A stretch of DNA of 64,000 bases from Eledone cirrhosa (taxonomy: Eukaryota). Of this stretch, positions 23,787 through 43,992 are shown piece after piece (the first letter of the stretch is position 1; each line of letters begins with the position of its first letter). The notes beneath the pieces were generated by a model that did not search any database, was not told the DNA's origin, and saw only the letters and a list, made by a program, of their open reading frames with translations. The stretch is from NCBI GenBank assembly GCA_964016885.1, contig OZ024740.1, positions 385,082,001 through 385,146,000 on the forward strand. The letters are read 5' to 3'. Both the position numbers and the translations under genes were made by a program.

Positions 23787-23932
23787 TATTTCTGAAGACG
23801 GCATATATAAGAGTTGGTATGTATATTTAATTTTGATAGTTTGTATAATTTTGTATAATTTTGTACATAGATCTGTTAAATATACATGCCAATTCTAACA
23901 CATATATATCCCAGAAACGATCGTTAAATAAT
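23785..23932 (+). ncRNA. Hammerhead ribozyme with ~115-nt stem II
   Basis: attattt CTGAAGA cggcatatata agagttggtatgtatatttaa..ttaaatatacatgccaattct..tatatatccca GAAA cgatcg TT aaataat. Confidence 0.8.
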
Positions 23933-24775
23933 GAACTTTTTTTGTTTAATATAAGGAACTGTTTCATTGTTTTATTCATTATTTTTTTAATATTTTATCT
24001 TGACTCTGTATTCCGTTTATCTTTCACCGAAAGTGATTTTTCATTGCATCTCTTCTTTCCATGATATCCGGATTACATTGAGTTCTTCATACGGATTGGA
24101 CACTACCGTAAACTCTTGGTAGATTTATCTACATATATATATATATAAACATAATCGAAATATTAAGAATACCAGTCATACCATGTATAAGAGAGTATTT
24201 AAGATTTTAAGTAATATGTTTATGTTGATATGTTTTTTAAATAACTGTGCTGCGTAAGTGATGATATTTCGAATGTAACAGTGCCCGGATGACAATCTGT
24301 TGGATTCAAAACACCAGTATTTAGGAGATTCATTAGGTAAAAAAATGTGTACGTGCATGTGTGCGTGCTTCATGTGTTTGTATGTGCATAGTGTGTGTAT
24401 GTTTGAACGTTCTGTGTATTTATGTTACTGTACGACGTTCGGATAAAACGTTCATAGGCTAATCAAAATACTCTCATGGAATGACCAAATGAGGTTTATA
24501 TTTTAACATAGTCCCTGGAAAGAAACAATTCAGTTATTAATAAGATAAGTTGAAATTAACGTATGCAAGATTTCACAGCTCTCGCATCACTCCGTCATAA
24601 TCAGCTTATAACTTTTTCAGCCTCCACTCGCAATGTGAAACAAAAATACCTCCTGTATTTAATTCCAAGACATGTATCTCCCTTTACGTCAAGGATGGCA
24701 TGACGTTCAGTTCTTATGAGATTCATACAATAAATGGCATACTTCTTACAACAAAAGAATAAAAGACTAAAAGAG

Positions 24776-24867
<92 letters not shown>

Positions 24868-24947
24868 TTAAACAGAAATAACAAACCAAATAACACAGTA
24901 CAATTGAGAAATATATTAGTTTAATGCTTGAAATAATAGGAAAAGAG

Positions 24948-24983
24948 TCTTAACGTTTCGGACACTAGTCCTTCATCAGAAGA
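24948..24983 (-). ncRNA. Minimal type I hammerhead ribozyme in a solo pLTR fragment (~24863-25070)
   Basis: tctt CTGATGA a ggac tagt gtcc GAAAC GTT aaga; a related degenerate copy lies at ~34853-34886. Confidence 0.8.
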
Positions 24984-25074
24984 TAGAATGAGAAATAAAA
25001 GATGAAATAGAGCGATAACAAATAAGAAGAAGAAGGAACGGGAAAAAAGAGAAAAAATACACAAGTGCGTATTC

Positions 25075-25350
25075 AGACATGAACTGTAAGATCGGAGTTC
25101 GTCAGGGGTGCTTGCTGTCTCCGTTACTCTTCCTCATTGTCATTGACTGGATAATTAAAACTACTACAACGGACAACAACAGGGGTATACAGTGGACACC
25201 CTGACCTGGAACCCGCAGTGTAACAGGAAGAGATGCCAACCCAGCGGCAGCTAGAGTCGTGACACTGAGGCTGAATTAAGAAAAGTGGAAGCCCAGGATC
25301 GTGTACGATGGAGCAAGCATGTCAATGGCCTATGCTCCACAGAGGGCGAT
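25075..25350 (+). mobile_element. RTE-type LINE remnants
   Basis: GVRQGCLLSPLLFLIVIDWI followed by C-terminal AQDRVRWSKHVNGLCS. Confidence 0.7.
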
Positions 25351-25392
25351 GGGGGGCTGAATCAATTATATATATATATATATATAAATATA

Positions 25393-26010
25393 TATATTGT
25401 TATACTCTGGGAGGGTCATGTTGCCAATAAGAAACATACGCACCAGTTGCTTTCACTCCAATTTATTATAAATTAAATTATATATTTAAAAATTTATAAT
25501 TTTCCGGTTGGTTGGTTGGTTGGTTGGTTGGTTCCACAACCGGACGGTTGTTCATATATTGTCAAAGTTCTTTCGTCACACATTATGTGACCTCTTCAGT
25601 GACTGGGAATTCTTTTCTTTGTTTTGTGCCTCACCTTTGTTCTGTCCTACGCCATCTTGTTTTGTGTGTGTGTTGTGTGCTTAGTTTGCGCATGTGTTAC
25701 ATCCTGGTGTCTGTGTGTGTTTTTATTTGTTTATTTACATGTTACTGGTTGGGTGTTTGTTCTATGAGTGTGTGCTTTCATTTTGGTCTTAATTTTAAGT
25801 TGTGATGTTACTATTCCATTCATATGTTCTATTAATTAAATAGAAACAACCGGAAATTTATAATTTTTTAAATTTATATTTTAATTTATAATAATTGGAG
25901 TGAAAGCACTGGTGCGTGTGTTTCTTATTGGCAACATGACCCTCCCAAAGTATAACAATATCGGTTTCAACACACGTTTTCAGATAAAGAATCTTGCTAA
26001 ACAAATTCAG
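25393..26010 (-). mobile_element. pLTR fragment with inverted terminal piece (MTLPKYNN family)
   Basis: ~25393-25510 is the approximate reverse complement of ~25845-25961; second copy at 45133-45380. Confidence 0.7.
25561..25603 (-). ncRNA. Minimal hammerhead ribozyme
   Basis: gtca CTGAAGA g gtcac ataatgt gtgac GAAA gaac TT tgac. Confidence 0.75.
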
Positions 26011-26674
26011 AAAGGAAATATGAATATATATATATATATATTTAATACATTAACAGAAAAAGCTTTAAGCAATACTCCGACCGGCTTCCGCCTCACTCAA
26101 CAAACATTAGGATTACCTTAGTATAATCCCAATTATACGTTTGGGGTGCTAACTATACGTATTTTTCGGATAGTCAATTATATTATTTTATATGAGACAT
26201 AATTAAAATACATCTCTCTTTCCAAACGTTTGTTTCATTATTAGTTTTCTACAAATTGGGAAAATAATGTCCAGGTTATATATATGAATATATATATATG
26301 AAAACAGGGAGAAAGAGAGGGTTATTAGGAAGAAAAATATATTTGTTTCCTTTTTTATTTATTTCTCACTTTTTTCTAGATTAGAAAATGATTAAAACGA
26401 AATGTTTTACTTTGTGTGAAGTGTTAAGGTATTAGTTGATTTATTTATTAATTAACAATGGCATTTATTTATCTATTCATATATTTATCTAATATATATA
26501 TATATATATATATATAGTATTAAGGATACTATTTATGGTTATGTATATACTAAAACTTTTTATAGTTATATATATTTTAAACCCTAAACAGTGAAAGACA
26601 GTAATATATTACTACCTTATTACCAGTAAGATAAATAGCTCAATGTAATAACATCAGTTGTTCTACAGAGCAGT

Positions 26675-27691
26675 TATACAGAATTCACATGAATCAAAGT
26701 TCTGTTCAAATCATTTATTAGCTTACAATTGTTTCATCCAAACCGAGGTTTGGAGTATCCGGACCAATTTTTCAATGTTTGTTTACATACATGACTTCCT
26801 TTCCAACACAAGAGACATACAGATACATATGTATATATTGATGCACAGTGGTGTGGCATCCATTATATTATTTTTGCATGGCAATTTAAATTCAAAAATT
26901 AATATCATATTAATACAGAATCAAAACAAAATTAAAATTAAAATACAACATCGGCAGTTTACGAAGATAATGCAAGAGGATAGTTTGTTAGTCAGTTGTA
27001 GTAGTTATTGCATGCAATAGTTACACGTGGGGCATGCACGTGTGTCTTATTTATATAAGATTATTGTGCGGCGAGGTGTTATATGCAATACAAGCACTTT
27101 AAGCGGGTAATCAAGAGTATTATGGAGGTTGTAATGGTAAAGAATGTTTTGTGTATGATAAAGAAGCTTGTGTGCAGAGAAATATTATAAATGAGAAGCA
27201 AAATAATGTTATGGTTTTTGTATACACCACCATTTTCACAATTCAGGAAACGTAATATATAGTTTATATGTCCTTCACATAATTAAAGATGATTCAGTAT
27301 TGGATGTTTGATGTATTAAGTTAAATTATTACAGCTTGTTGCGGCTCAGTGTTCTTTAATCCAATTTTATAGAGTAGGTTGTTTAATAACAAACTATCCT
27401 CTTGCATTATCTTCGTAAACTGCCGATGTTGTATTTTAATTTTAATTTTGCTTTGATTCTGTTTTAATATGATTTTAATATTTGAATTTAAATTGCCATG
27501 CAAAAATAATATAATGGATGTCACCCCACTGTGCATCAATATATACATATGTATCTGTATGTCTCTTGTGTTGGAAAGAAGGTCATGTATGTAAACAAAC
27601 ATTGAAAAATTGGTCCGAATACTCCAAACCTCGGTTTGGATGAAACAATTGTAAGCTAATAAATGGTTTGAACAGAATTTGATTCATATGA

Positions 27692-27701
<10 letters not shown>
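26675..27701. repeat. ~315-bp inverted repeat pair (26675-26990 / 27387-27701), probable pLTR fold-back
   Basis: Mirrored ORF peptides; contains tccaaacc-tc-ggtttgga t GAAA caattg TA (HHR 3' half, core degenerate). Confidence 0.8.
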
Positions 27702-27781
<80 letters not shown>

Positions 27782-28127
27782 TCACGAACAGCGAACAGCA
27801 GAGGACACGTACAGTTCCTCTCCGTCAGATAAACCCCCCCCCCTCCCCTGGAAAACCCCACAATTGATGGATGCGAATCCGAAATATAGGGACAATTAAA
27901 TCTCTCCCAAGATAACTCTATCTCGTGTTATTATTTTTATTTGTTACGCTCTTTCCTACGTTCCTCTACACACTATACATCTCATTCTACATTCCCTTAC
28001 ATCTCTTTCTTCACCACCAGATCCTATTACCCGGAGAATTACCCATCTGCGTTGCTGAGGTTTCCCAATCGACCAAAAGAAAATAAATCTTATCATTCCA
28101 CAATGCTTCAAGCAAACTTCAGTACTC

Positions 28128-32470
<4,343 letters not shown>

Positions 32471-32489
32471 CTATATATATATATATGGT

Positions 32490-33190
32490 TATAGTTCCAG
32501 TTTACAACATTCACCATAGATTTATGGCCCTGTCCTCGGACAATACTCAAATAGATCTACGGTTAGCTTTTGCTATCACTTTTTGTTAAGGAGCTTCGTC
32601 GCTTTATTGATTTATTGTTTAACTTATGTGTAAATGTGGTGGTCTACGAACTTCCACTTGTTGAATTATTTACATTTAGCCGAACTTCATAGCTCTGTTG
32701 ATGTTGGAAAATTATAATATGTTTCATGTCGGCAGTGAGAAATTAGTTTTGATCTCCTCTTTAATGTGTTTGTATTTGGTCAGAGATAAAGTAGTTTCTG
32801 TCATTTCGGAGGAGACTGTAATTTATTTGCACAAGGGATGTACATGTTAACGAAGTGTAGTGTAGACCAGGTGTTACTAAATATGTTAATATCATGGTTT
32901 GTGAAGTGCCATATATGACATGGCAATGTTGTGCTGGTAGTTTAGAGAGGCTTCTACCTGTAATGATGTTCCCGATTTTCGTCATTAATCTATAACATAC
33001 ATTTATGTTTTTGTCGGTTAAATAGCTTAGAATATTTATATCCTGTGAGTAAATAGTTCAGAATCAGGTTTAGGAAGCACTTGTTAATATTTGGTTTTAC
33101 ATTGAAGCTATTTGGTTGGTTGAACAGAATTTGATTACAGTTAGTCTAAAGATTTCTTCTCTTCTTGTTTTTCTTGATTATCTTCCAGGT
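32490..33190 (-). mobile_element. Highly decayed Naiad-type PLE fragment
   Basis: Broken FNQPNSFNVKPNINKCFLNLI..YKYSKLFNR matches the WFNPP..KLFFRLI..HNIINK block of the intact ORF. Confidence 0.55.
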
Positions 33191-34166
33191 CAGGCTAGCT
33201 GTGGCAGACCTATGATTAAAGATATTTCAGCTGTGACCATCCCATTTTTGGAGACGGTAGGGTCGGATTTGGATATTTCACTGCTAGGGAACGTGAAGAA
33301 GTTCACTTCTTGTAACAGTTGTTCTTGTAAGGAGCAGTAAATGAGTGCTTGTATAATGTATTCATATATATTCATTTGTGTGCGCGTGTATGTGTGCGTG
33401 TAAAAGTCTGTTTGTGTTCATGAGTGTGTATGTAAGTGTCTACGAGTTTGCGTGTGTCAGTTGTTATTATTGTATCATGGTTACCTCTGATGACTTCTAC
33501 GTTCTTCATACTCTTTTAGTCCTACATTATTACTTACAATGTTCAATTTACTTAACACTAGTTCCAGTTAATGAGCAGCAGTTGCTTTTGGTAAATTATA
33601 TGACATCATCAAATGTAAAATGTCTTTATGCCTGAGGCACAGAATATTTCACCAGTGTATCGTATCAAGGATAACTTACGAAGCAGAAACATGGTCGATG
33701 GTTGAAAGCATTGAACAGAAACCAAGAATAACATAAAGAAGTAAGGAAAGATGAATGTTAAACATCATTTGAAAGGACCGAGAAATGTATCAATGGATAA
33801 AAGAGCAAATAAAAGTACAAACAAAATTATAAAACATATTAAGATGAGAAGATGGACGTAAGCAGGATTATGTGACAGAAACAGAAGACAACTGATGAAC
33901 AAAGTTATGTTGTTCATAATACAGAACACGAGAGAAAGTTTCAGCAGATGAGGAAAACAGAGATCGGGGTGGAGAGACGAGATCGATAGGTTTATGGGCG
34001 TTACCTATATATGATTGTTTCTACTTTTGGCACAAGGCCAGCAATTACCCCAATGCATTACTGGTGCTTTATTTTATCGATATGTATATGTGAATATATA
34101 TATATGTATATGTGAATGTATATGTGAATATATATGCATATATATGCATATATATATATATATATG

Positions 34167-34397
34167 ACAGTTGAAAATTGCAAACTTGACTGTCACAACA
34201 CATTATGAACCTGAAGATTGCGAAAGCATGAAAGTACTTGTTCAATTAACACTTAACATTTAATATTCTATCATACTATTTCATTATAATAACATTATAC
34301 ATTTTAAAGGATTGTAAATAAAACGAGTAAATCAGACAAAGTTGGAATTCCTATTATTAATATAATCTTCTATGCACAATCATACACACCCGTGTAT
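34167..34397 (+). repeat. Inverted copy of the pLTR end 28521-28750
   Basis: Reverse-complement match with scattered substitutions. Confidence 0.9.
34206..34244 (+). ncRNA. Minimal type I hammerhead ribozyme
   Basis: tgaac CTGAAGA t tgc gaaa gca t GAAA gtac TT gttca; palindromic AGTACT. Confidence 0.85.
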
Positions 34398-34463
34398 ATT
34401 TATCTATATATATATACACACACATATATATATATATATACATATATATATACATATATATAC

Positions 34464-34494
<31 letters not shown>

Positions 34495-34738
34495 CATATA
34501 TACATATATATATATACATATATATATATGTATAAATATATTATATATATGTGTGTGTTAGGTATGTAACTAGACTTCCAGGCGGTGCACCGTTCGAAGC
34601 ACACAATGCTGTTACGAAGTCCGTCACGTGTGGGTTGTATTTCAGAATTAAGTAGAGTGCAGAACAATTGTAACATGGCAATAAAAATGTGTACATATGC
34701 TGCAAAAGTGACTTCGAGTCTACTTTCTACTTAGTATA

Positions 34739-34769
<31 letters not shown>

Positions 34770-37040
34770 GAAAAGAAATAACAATGCAAGGCAAGAGAAC
34801 AACACAATACAATTATATCTTAGTGTAACGCGTAAGAGAGTTGGAAATGAATATGTTCGATTCGGGTGCTAGTCCTTCATCAGAAGATAGAAACAGAGTG
34901 AAAAGAAAATGTTTGAGAGAGAGAGTGAGAAAGAGGGTAGGGTGAGAAGGAAAACAAAAAGACATAGGAGAGTAAAAAGAAAAAGAAATTAGGGGAAATA
35001 AACGATGAGAAAACACATGTAGTTGCCAGTCAGCCAAATATATTTACGCAACATTTTTCCTTTATTGCGCTAGGTCACGCTATAGCAAATCATAAATTAA
35101 AACTAATAGGCTGAAGAGAAAAACAGAGGTTTACAGATGTACGAAAATATTAGTCGAAATCGAAAGATATAGCATAGATTAAATATATTTAAAATTCCTG
35201 TAATGAAATATTACAATAAATTTATCGTATTATCCTGAAACATTTTAAATGGAAGTTGATAGAAGAGGGGAGTTTTTAATGTCTCTGAATTATGGGTATT
35301 TTTTTTTTTTTTGTATTTGCACAAGTCCGCAAAGGAATATGGTAAAGACAAATCAATCGACTCCAGTAGAAAAACCTATAATATCTTTATCTAAACATTA
35401 GAATAGGAAAGGAAAAGGAGAGAGAACATTATGGGGCCTCTACACGGTTCTTCGATCTGCTAGGTATAGTAGTTAAATTGTAGTAAATTTACGTCTATTT
35501 GGAAATTGGATGGGAGGTATTAATCGATTGAATAGACTCCAGTACGTGATAAGCTAGAATGCATTTTATCATAGATCTGCCAAAATGGGGTTGTGCTGGA
35601 GATTTATAACAACTGCAACAACAACAACACTGTGGTCAAGACTGCGTGAGAAAAGTCTCTATGTAATCACTTGACATGCAGGAAACAGCAACCAAATTTA
35701 TTTGAAATCACCCACTACTACTTTTCAAAAAGGCAATTATACTGGATAATGTAGTCAGTCCAAGATACTCTTAAAATGTCGTAACAGGAATTCCTGAAAT
35801 TCATTGATCAGAGAAGTGAAATAATTTGAATCCGGAGGATGTGAAAACGTTGAAGTAGCCTGGTGCTTAGTCCTTGAACATGTCTAATCTGGAGCTTGAC
35901 AATTTTTGATTTGGTCAATGATACTTGTATCTGAATTATCAGGGCAGAGTGAGAAGATATTCATAATCCTTGTCATCTTTAAGCACAGCTCATATTGTTG
36001 TTGAGTTAGTTTCATAGCACTTTGTCGGCCTTGATCAAGCAGAACACTAGAATTCTAACGGTTACAATCATGTTTTTCTCTATACTACATAACCTAAAGT
36101 GTCCTTCTCTTTTTGAAGTCAATAGTGTATAATTTGAAGATGTGGGTGCTATTTCTAGCTGGTCGAGCGGCTATGCATTGGCTCTGCCACTGACTCGTCT
36201 TTAAATAGTTTTTAAATAATTGATCTAAAATTGATGCCTATAGGGCAACGTGTCCCTGTAGTTATTGTTATTTAGCTCCAGGCCAGCTCTCGACTAGTCG
36301 TGATTATCCCATCGCTTATTCTTTAGACATAATGTATGCAGCACGTCCTTCCTTATTTTAAAACGGCAGAGAGATTGTGCAGCTAGCTCTGAGTAGAGGC
36401 TTCTGGATTGGCGCACTTTTGTATTGTTCCTGGGAAACGTTGTATTAAAACGGATACGTATTTGTTGCTTATTTAACATTTTCTGTCGGTGCTAAAATTG
36501 TAGAAAGAGAAATTAATAAATAAATGAAAATTACGTAGTATATAGCTTAAAAGCATTTCAGAGAACATGCAATTGAGATATTTCGAAGTGTGATGAATAT
36601 TCACAGAAATTTAAGTCGCCTTTTCCAAATGTTACAATACGTGAGAAACGACACTAAAAGAATATATATATATAAAATTCTTTCATATCAAACGTGTGAT
36701 ATGCGAGGCATATGCAGAAAATAGAAATTATTAAATATGTGCAAGTATGTATATGCATACTGTATTTGTATTCATATTTTATCACACGCAAACACATGTA
36801 TGTACACGCACACAAACGTATATAAGTAATTATAGTAAGTGGATTCCCGAACGAAAATGACAGCGCTGACTATGTTGTTTAAAATGACTATACTTATTAA
36901 TATATAGTAGATAAATATCACTGTTTTTCCAAGATTTCAATTCGAATCATATTCATCGGAAGAATGATTCGTTGTGTCACTCTGATACTGTTAAAGTAGA
37001 TATACCAACATTTTTTTTTATTATAAACCTCGGTGGGAAT

Positions 37041-37097
<57 letters not shown>

Positions 37098-37196
37098 TTA
37101 AAAATATATATATAAGAGTGTATGTATGCATATTTATACATATATATATATGTGTGTGTGTATGTAAATATATATATATATATATACGTATATATG

Positions 37197-37315
<119 letters not shown>

Positions 37316-37324
37316 GTATATATG

Positions 37325-37390
<66 letters not shown>

Positions 37391-37412
37391 AATATGTCCC
37401 TCTCTCTCTCTC

Positions 37413-37448
<36 letters not shown>

Positions 37449-37580
37449 TAGATAGATATGCATGTGTGTATACACTTTTAGAGTACTCAATACGAGGTAT
37501 TTTATTCATTCAGATGTTTCAATTGTTGCCTGGAGGGACGTATAAAACTGACAGCATCATCAATTTAGAAAACAAACGCA

Positions 37581-37647
<67 letters not shown>

Positions 37648-38501
37648 ACATATATATATATAGCATTATGAAAAAATTAATACTTTACTTAGCGTATTGT
37701 TTCATTTTTTCTCCCTTTTGTAAATTCAAACGCATTCCTATTTACATTATATGTATAATGTAATGCACATATAATGTATGTATTATACCTATATGTGTGC
37801 ATTTATTAATATATATGCCTATATATCTTACAAGAATATTCTTTTGTGTCTTCTGCTGTAGAAACGACATTTTCACTTTGAAGTTTTGCTGTAGCATATC
37901 TTTAGGGTATGTTTATATGTTATTTCTTGTTTTAGGCATGTTTGCATTGAAGCATACAATCTTGTTAACATATATATTTGGGGAAAATATATAATGATTT
38001 TTCTGATTATACCTCTTTCGAATATTTGGTAATATTTATGAAAATATCTTTTGATAGAAATAATTTTGAATATCTACTTTTTAAAAAACCCTTCCCACAA
38101 AATGTTATTTATTATTACATATTACGTTGTTTGTGCTTCCTCTGAAGAAGGTACTTGTTCAAGCTTGTGAGATCTTCGTAGGTCTCCCATTCGAATTTTG
38201 TAGCAAATGTTGACCAACATTTAGTAATGTAATCGTGATTGTTGGTGTGTAATTTGAGTGGTGCAATCACATATATGTGCGGGGCTGTAAGCAGGATGTA
38301 ATTTGGGCAGTATCTATTCCTTCCTTTTAACAAAGACTTGTTTGTATATGTCTCCGAGGAAAATTCTTGTGTAACAGATATAAGGTGACAGCGTTCCAAA
38401 TTATATGATTTTTACATAAAACCCTTTCTATCCCTCTCTCTCGCTCTCACCGTAATATATATATATATATATATATATATCAACACGGTCGGACATGTCA
38501 C

Positions 38502-38558
<57 letters not shown>

Positions 38559-38772
38559 TATGTATGTATACGTACATACATATATGTATACAGACGTACA
38601 GTAGTATGTATATATATACATGCATGCACACATATATATATGCTCGTATCGGTTTCCTGAACATTTATTATAATAATCGGTTTGTTTGTTTGTAAACAAA
38701 CAAACAGCCCGAATTACGCCGTACAATGTTTAGGCAACCACGTCACCTTTTTGTTCAACACTGACACAGGAA

Positions 38773-38813
38773 CGATGTACTAGTTTCAAGCTTATTAGCT
38801 ATCGTCAGCATCG
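38773..38813 (-). ncRNA. Minimal hammerhead (inverted copy)
   Basis: cgatg CTGACGA tagctaataagctt GAAA ctag TA catcg on the minus strand. Confidence 0.85.
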
Positions 38814-39149
38814 TATACCTTCCTGCCAGATGGTTGAACGTCTGAAAGTATATATATGTATACGTCTGTATACATATATACATACTACTGTAGTATGTAT
38901 ATATATATGCATACTACTGTACGTCTGTATACATATATGTATGTACGTATACATACATACATACTTACATTTAAGTAAGTGCCGACTAAGAGTGAGAAAT
39001 GAAATTTCGATTCATTCTATTCCATTTATCGTTTTCGGTGTGCCCGGCCGACTGAACTCACTCGATATTCAAATTAGGCTGCTCAGCCGTTAATATGCAT
39101 AAGGAAAGTATATACTTTCAGACGTTCAACCATCTGGCAGGAAGGTATA

Positions 39150-39190
39150 CGATGCTGACGATGGCTAATAAGCTTGAAACTAGTACATCG
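39150..39190 (+). ncRNA. Minimal type I hammerhead ribozyme
   Basis: cgatg CTGACGA t ggct aata agct t GAAA ctag TA catcg. Confidence 0.88.
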
Positions 39191-39471
39191 TTCCTGTGTC
39201 AGTGTTGAACAAAAAGGTGACATGGTTGCATAAACATTGTACGGCGTAATTCGGGCTGTGTGTTTGTTTACAAACAAACAAACCGAGCATTATAATAAAT
39301 GTTCGGAAAACCGATACGTGCATATTTATATGTGTGCATGTATGTATATATATACATACTACTGTACGTCTGTATACATATATGTATGTACGTATACATG
39401 CATACATACTTACATTTGAGTAAGTGCCGTACTAAGAGTGAGAAATAAAATTTCGTTTCATTCTATTCCAT

Positions 39472-41762
<2,291 letters not shown>

Positions 41763-41926
41763 AATTAATATATCTAACGACATATGTATACAGATGCATA
41801 CCTATGCTAGCAAATATATATGTTTTGTCTTAGTAACTTTGTGGTTCTATGCAGGGGGATGCAGAACAATTATATGAAAGACGTAAATAAGAAAGTTATG
41901 AAAATTGACTTACTTACTAAAATTTC

Positions 41927-42007
41927 ACTGCAACTAATTAGTTTCTGTAAGGGGATAAATATAGTTACGTAATATAACCATAGAGAAGCCTTACGTCATC
42001 AGGGAGT
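41927..42007 (-). ncRNA. Hammerhead ribozyme (sense copy of family B; one stem I mismatch)
   Basis: Reverse complement of 42480-42560 with few changes. Confidence 0.78.
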
Positions 42008-42479
42008 CTATTCTCAGCTAAGCTTCCAGGCAATGCGGGGACACTGGGAACTTATATAAAAATAATTCAGTGGATGGAAAAAAGCGAGCGGGCTAGATTC
42101 CAAGACATTGAAAAATTCACTGCCTACTTGGTCAAGTGGCAAATTCAAAAGAATCAATCACGTGACACTGAGCTTAATCAGCTAGGAGTGGGGGTGCTAT
42201 TAAGACAGAGCCTAGCCACTACTATCAGTCACAGTAGTAATTTCGGAAAATTTTGCTCAACAAATAATTTGGAGATAATTATAAAGAATTAATATATCTA
42301 TCGACATATGTATACAGATGCATACCTATGCTAGCAAATATATATGTTTTGTCTTAGTAACTGTGTGGTTCTATGCAGGGGGATGCAGAACAATTATATG
42401 AAAGACGTAAATAAGAAAGTTATGAAAATTGACTTACTTACAGTGTCCCCGCATTGCCTGGAAGCTTAGCTGAGAATAG

Positions 42480-42560
42480 ACTCCCTGATGACGTAGGGCT
42501 TCTATATAGTTATATTACGTAACTATATTTATCCCCTTACAGAAACTAATTAGTTGGAGT
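42480..42560 (+). ncRNA. Hammerhead ribozyme with extended stem II
   Basis: actcc CTGATGA cgtaggg..atatagtta..taactatat..cccttaca GAAA ctaattag TT ggagt. Confidence 0.85.
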
Positions 42561-42656
42561 GAAATTTTAGTAAGTAAGTCAATTTTCATAACTTTCTTAT
42601 TTACTTGTTTCATATATATATATATATGTCGGACATGACATCCTTAATTTAATTTT

Positions 42657-42731
<75 letters not shown>

Positions 42732-43092
42732 TTAGTTAAGCAAGACAAGACCACAAATTTCACAAGGAAGACATTATTAAAAGATTGTCAACATATTTTA
42801 GTTTGATGTAAGGAATGTAGAGAATAATAATATTAATAATAATAATATTAATATTAATAATGTCCGTTTACAATTGTTTCGCTACTCCATATAATATTTC
42901 TGGATCAAATGACTATATATCATTATTGATCTGGTTCAGTTGAAAATAATTAACATAGTTAAAGACAGAGCGGCTCATCGGAACTTCAAAGGAATATAAA
43001 TTAAAATAAGGAAAGAATGTTACATAATGTAATGTTCCATATATTGGTATTTCACTATGGTGTCCTGTGTGTATCAATTGTCTGCCATAATC

Positions 43093-43206
43093 AAGCAGTA
43101 TTCTTCTGTCGAGGCTGCATTGTGTGAGATCTAACTGTGGGTAACAAGTTCTTGTTACCCATAGGCAGATCTCACACAATGCAGCCTCGACAGAAGAATA
43201 CTGCTT
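43093..43206. repeat. 114-bp near-perfect hairpin
   Basis: aagcagtattcttctgtcgaggctgcattgtgtgagatct..gggtaacaag tt cttgttaccc..agatctcacacaatgcagcctcgacagaagaatactgctt. Confidence 0.92.
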
Positions 43207-43334
43207 TTTCAGAAGAATACTGAATATTTCCAGCTCTGCGCATCTAACTTCTGCATAAACCCATCTGCATAAACCCAGCCACATAGCTGCTTTCCACTGC
43301 ATATTGCACATTGAGCACATACATTGAGCACATA

Positions 43335-43992
43335 CATATATATACATACATGCACACATATATATATGCACACATATATATATGTACGTATGGATTTACC
43401 GAGCATTTATTATATGTGTGCATGTATGTATATATATACATACTACTGTACGTTTGTATACATATATGTATGTACGTATACATACTTATATTTAAGTAAC
43501 AGCCGTACTAAGAGTGAGAAATGAAATTTCGTTTCATTTTTTTTCCATTTATCGTTTTCGGTGCGCCCGGCCGACTAACTCACTCGATATGCAAATTAGG
43601 CTGCTCAGCCGTTAATATGCATAAGGAAAGTATATACTTTAAGACGTTCAATCATCTGGCAGGAACGTATACAGTGCTGACGATAGCTAATACGCTTGAA
43701 ACTAGTACATTGTTCCTTTGACAATGTTGAACAAAAGCGCAACGATGGTTGCTCAACACTGTACGGCTTAATTCGGGATGTTTGTTTACAAACAAACCGA
43801 GCATTATAATAAATGCTCGGTAAATCCATACGTACATATATATATATATATATATATATGTGCATGTATGTTTGTATATATACATACTACTGTACGTCTG
43901 TATACATATATGTATTACGTATACATACTTATATTTAAGTAACGGCCGTACTAAGAGAGAGAAATGAAATTTCGTTTCATTTTTTTTCCATT
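43335..43992 (+). mobile_element. Retrozyme-like family A, second locus (~443-bp unit)
   Basis: Period 443 (43502 vs 43945); short inverted 5' piece ~43335-43414; homologous to 38853-39471. Confidence 0.75.
43672..43712 (+). ncRNA. Minimal type I hammerhead ribozyme
   Basis: cagtg CTGACGA tagctaatacgctt GAAA ctag TA cattg. Confidence 0.85.

Larger units (their letters stand above)
23573..23998. repeat. Perfect spacer-less 426-bp palindrome (fold-back pLTR fragment)
   Basis: Centre between 23785 and 23786 (aataa|ttatt); the ORF track shows the same peptide on both strands at mirrored coordinates. Confidence 0.95.
38557..39471 (+). mobile_element. ORF-less HHR-containing partially tandem element (retrozyme-like family A, ~445-bp unit)
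   Basis: Direct repeat with period 445 (38981 vs 39426); 38557-38852 is an inverted copy of ~39107-39410; second locus at 43335-43992. Confidence 0.75.

Noticed and set aside
27601-27660. Functional HHR in the 26675-27701 inverted repeat
   Set aside because: The 3' half is good but the core (ccgaata/ccggata) and stem I are degenerate in both arms; treated as a relic
38470-38505. Short shared motif gtcggacatg.ca.cctta within (TA)n (also ~42628)
   Set aside because: Too short to interpret; probably terminal scraps of another repeat
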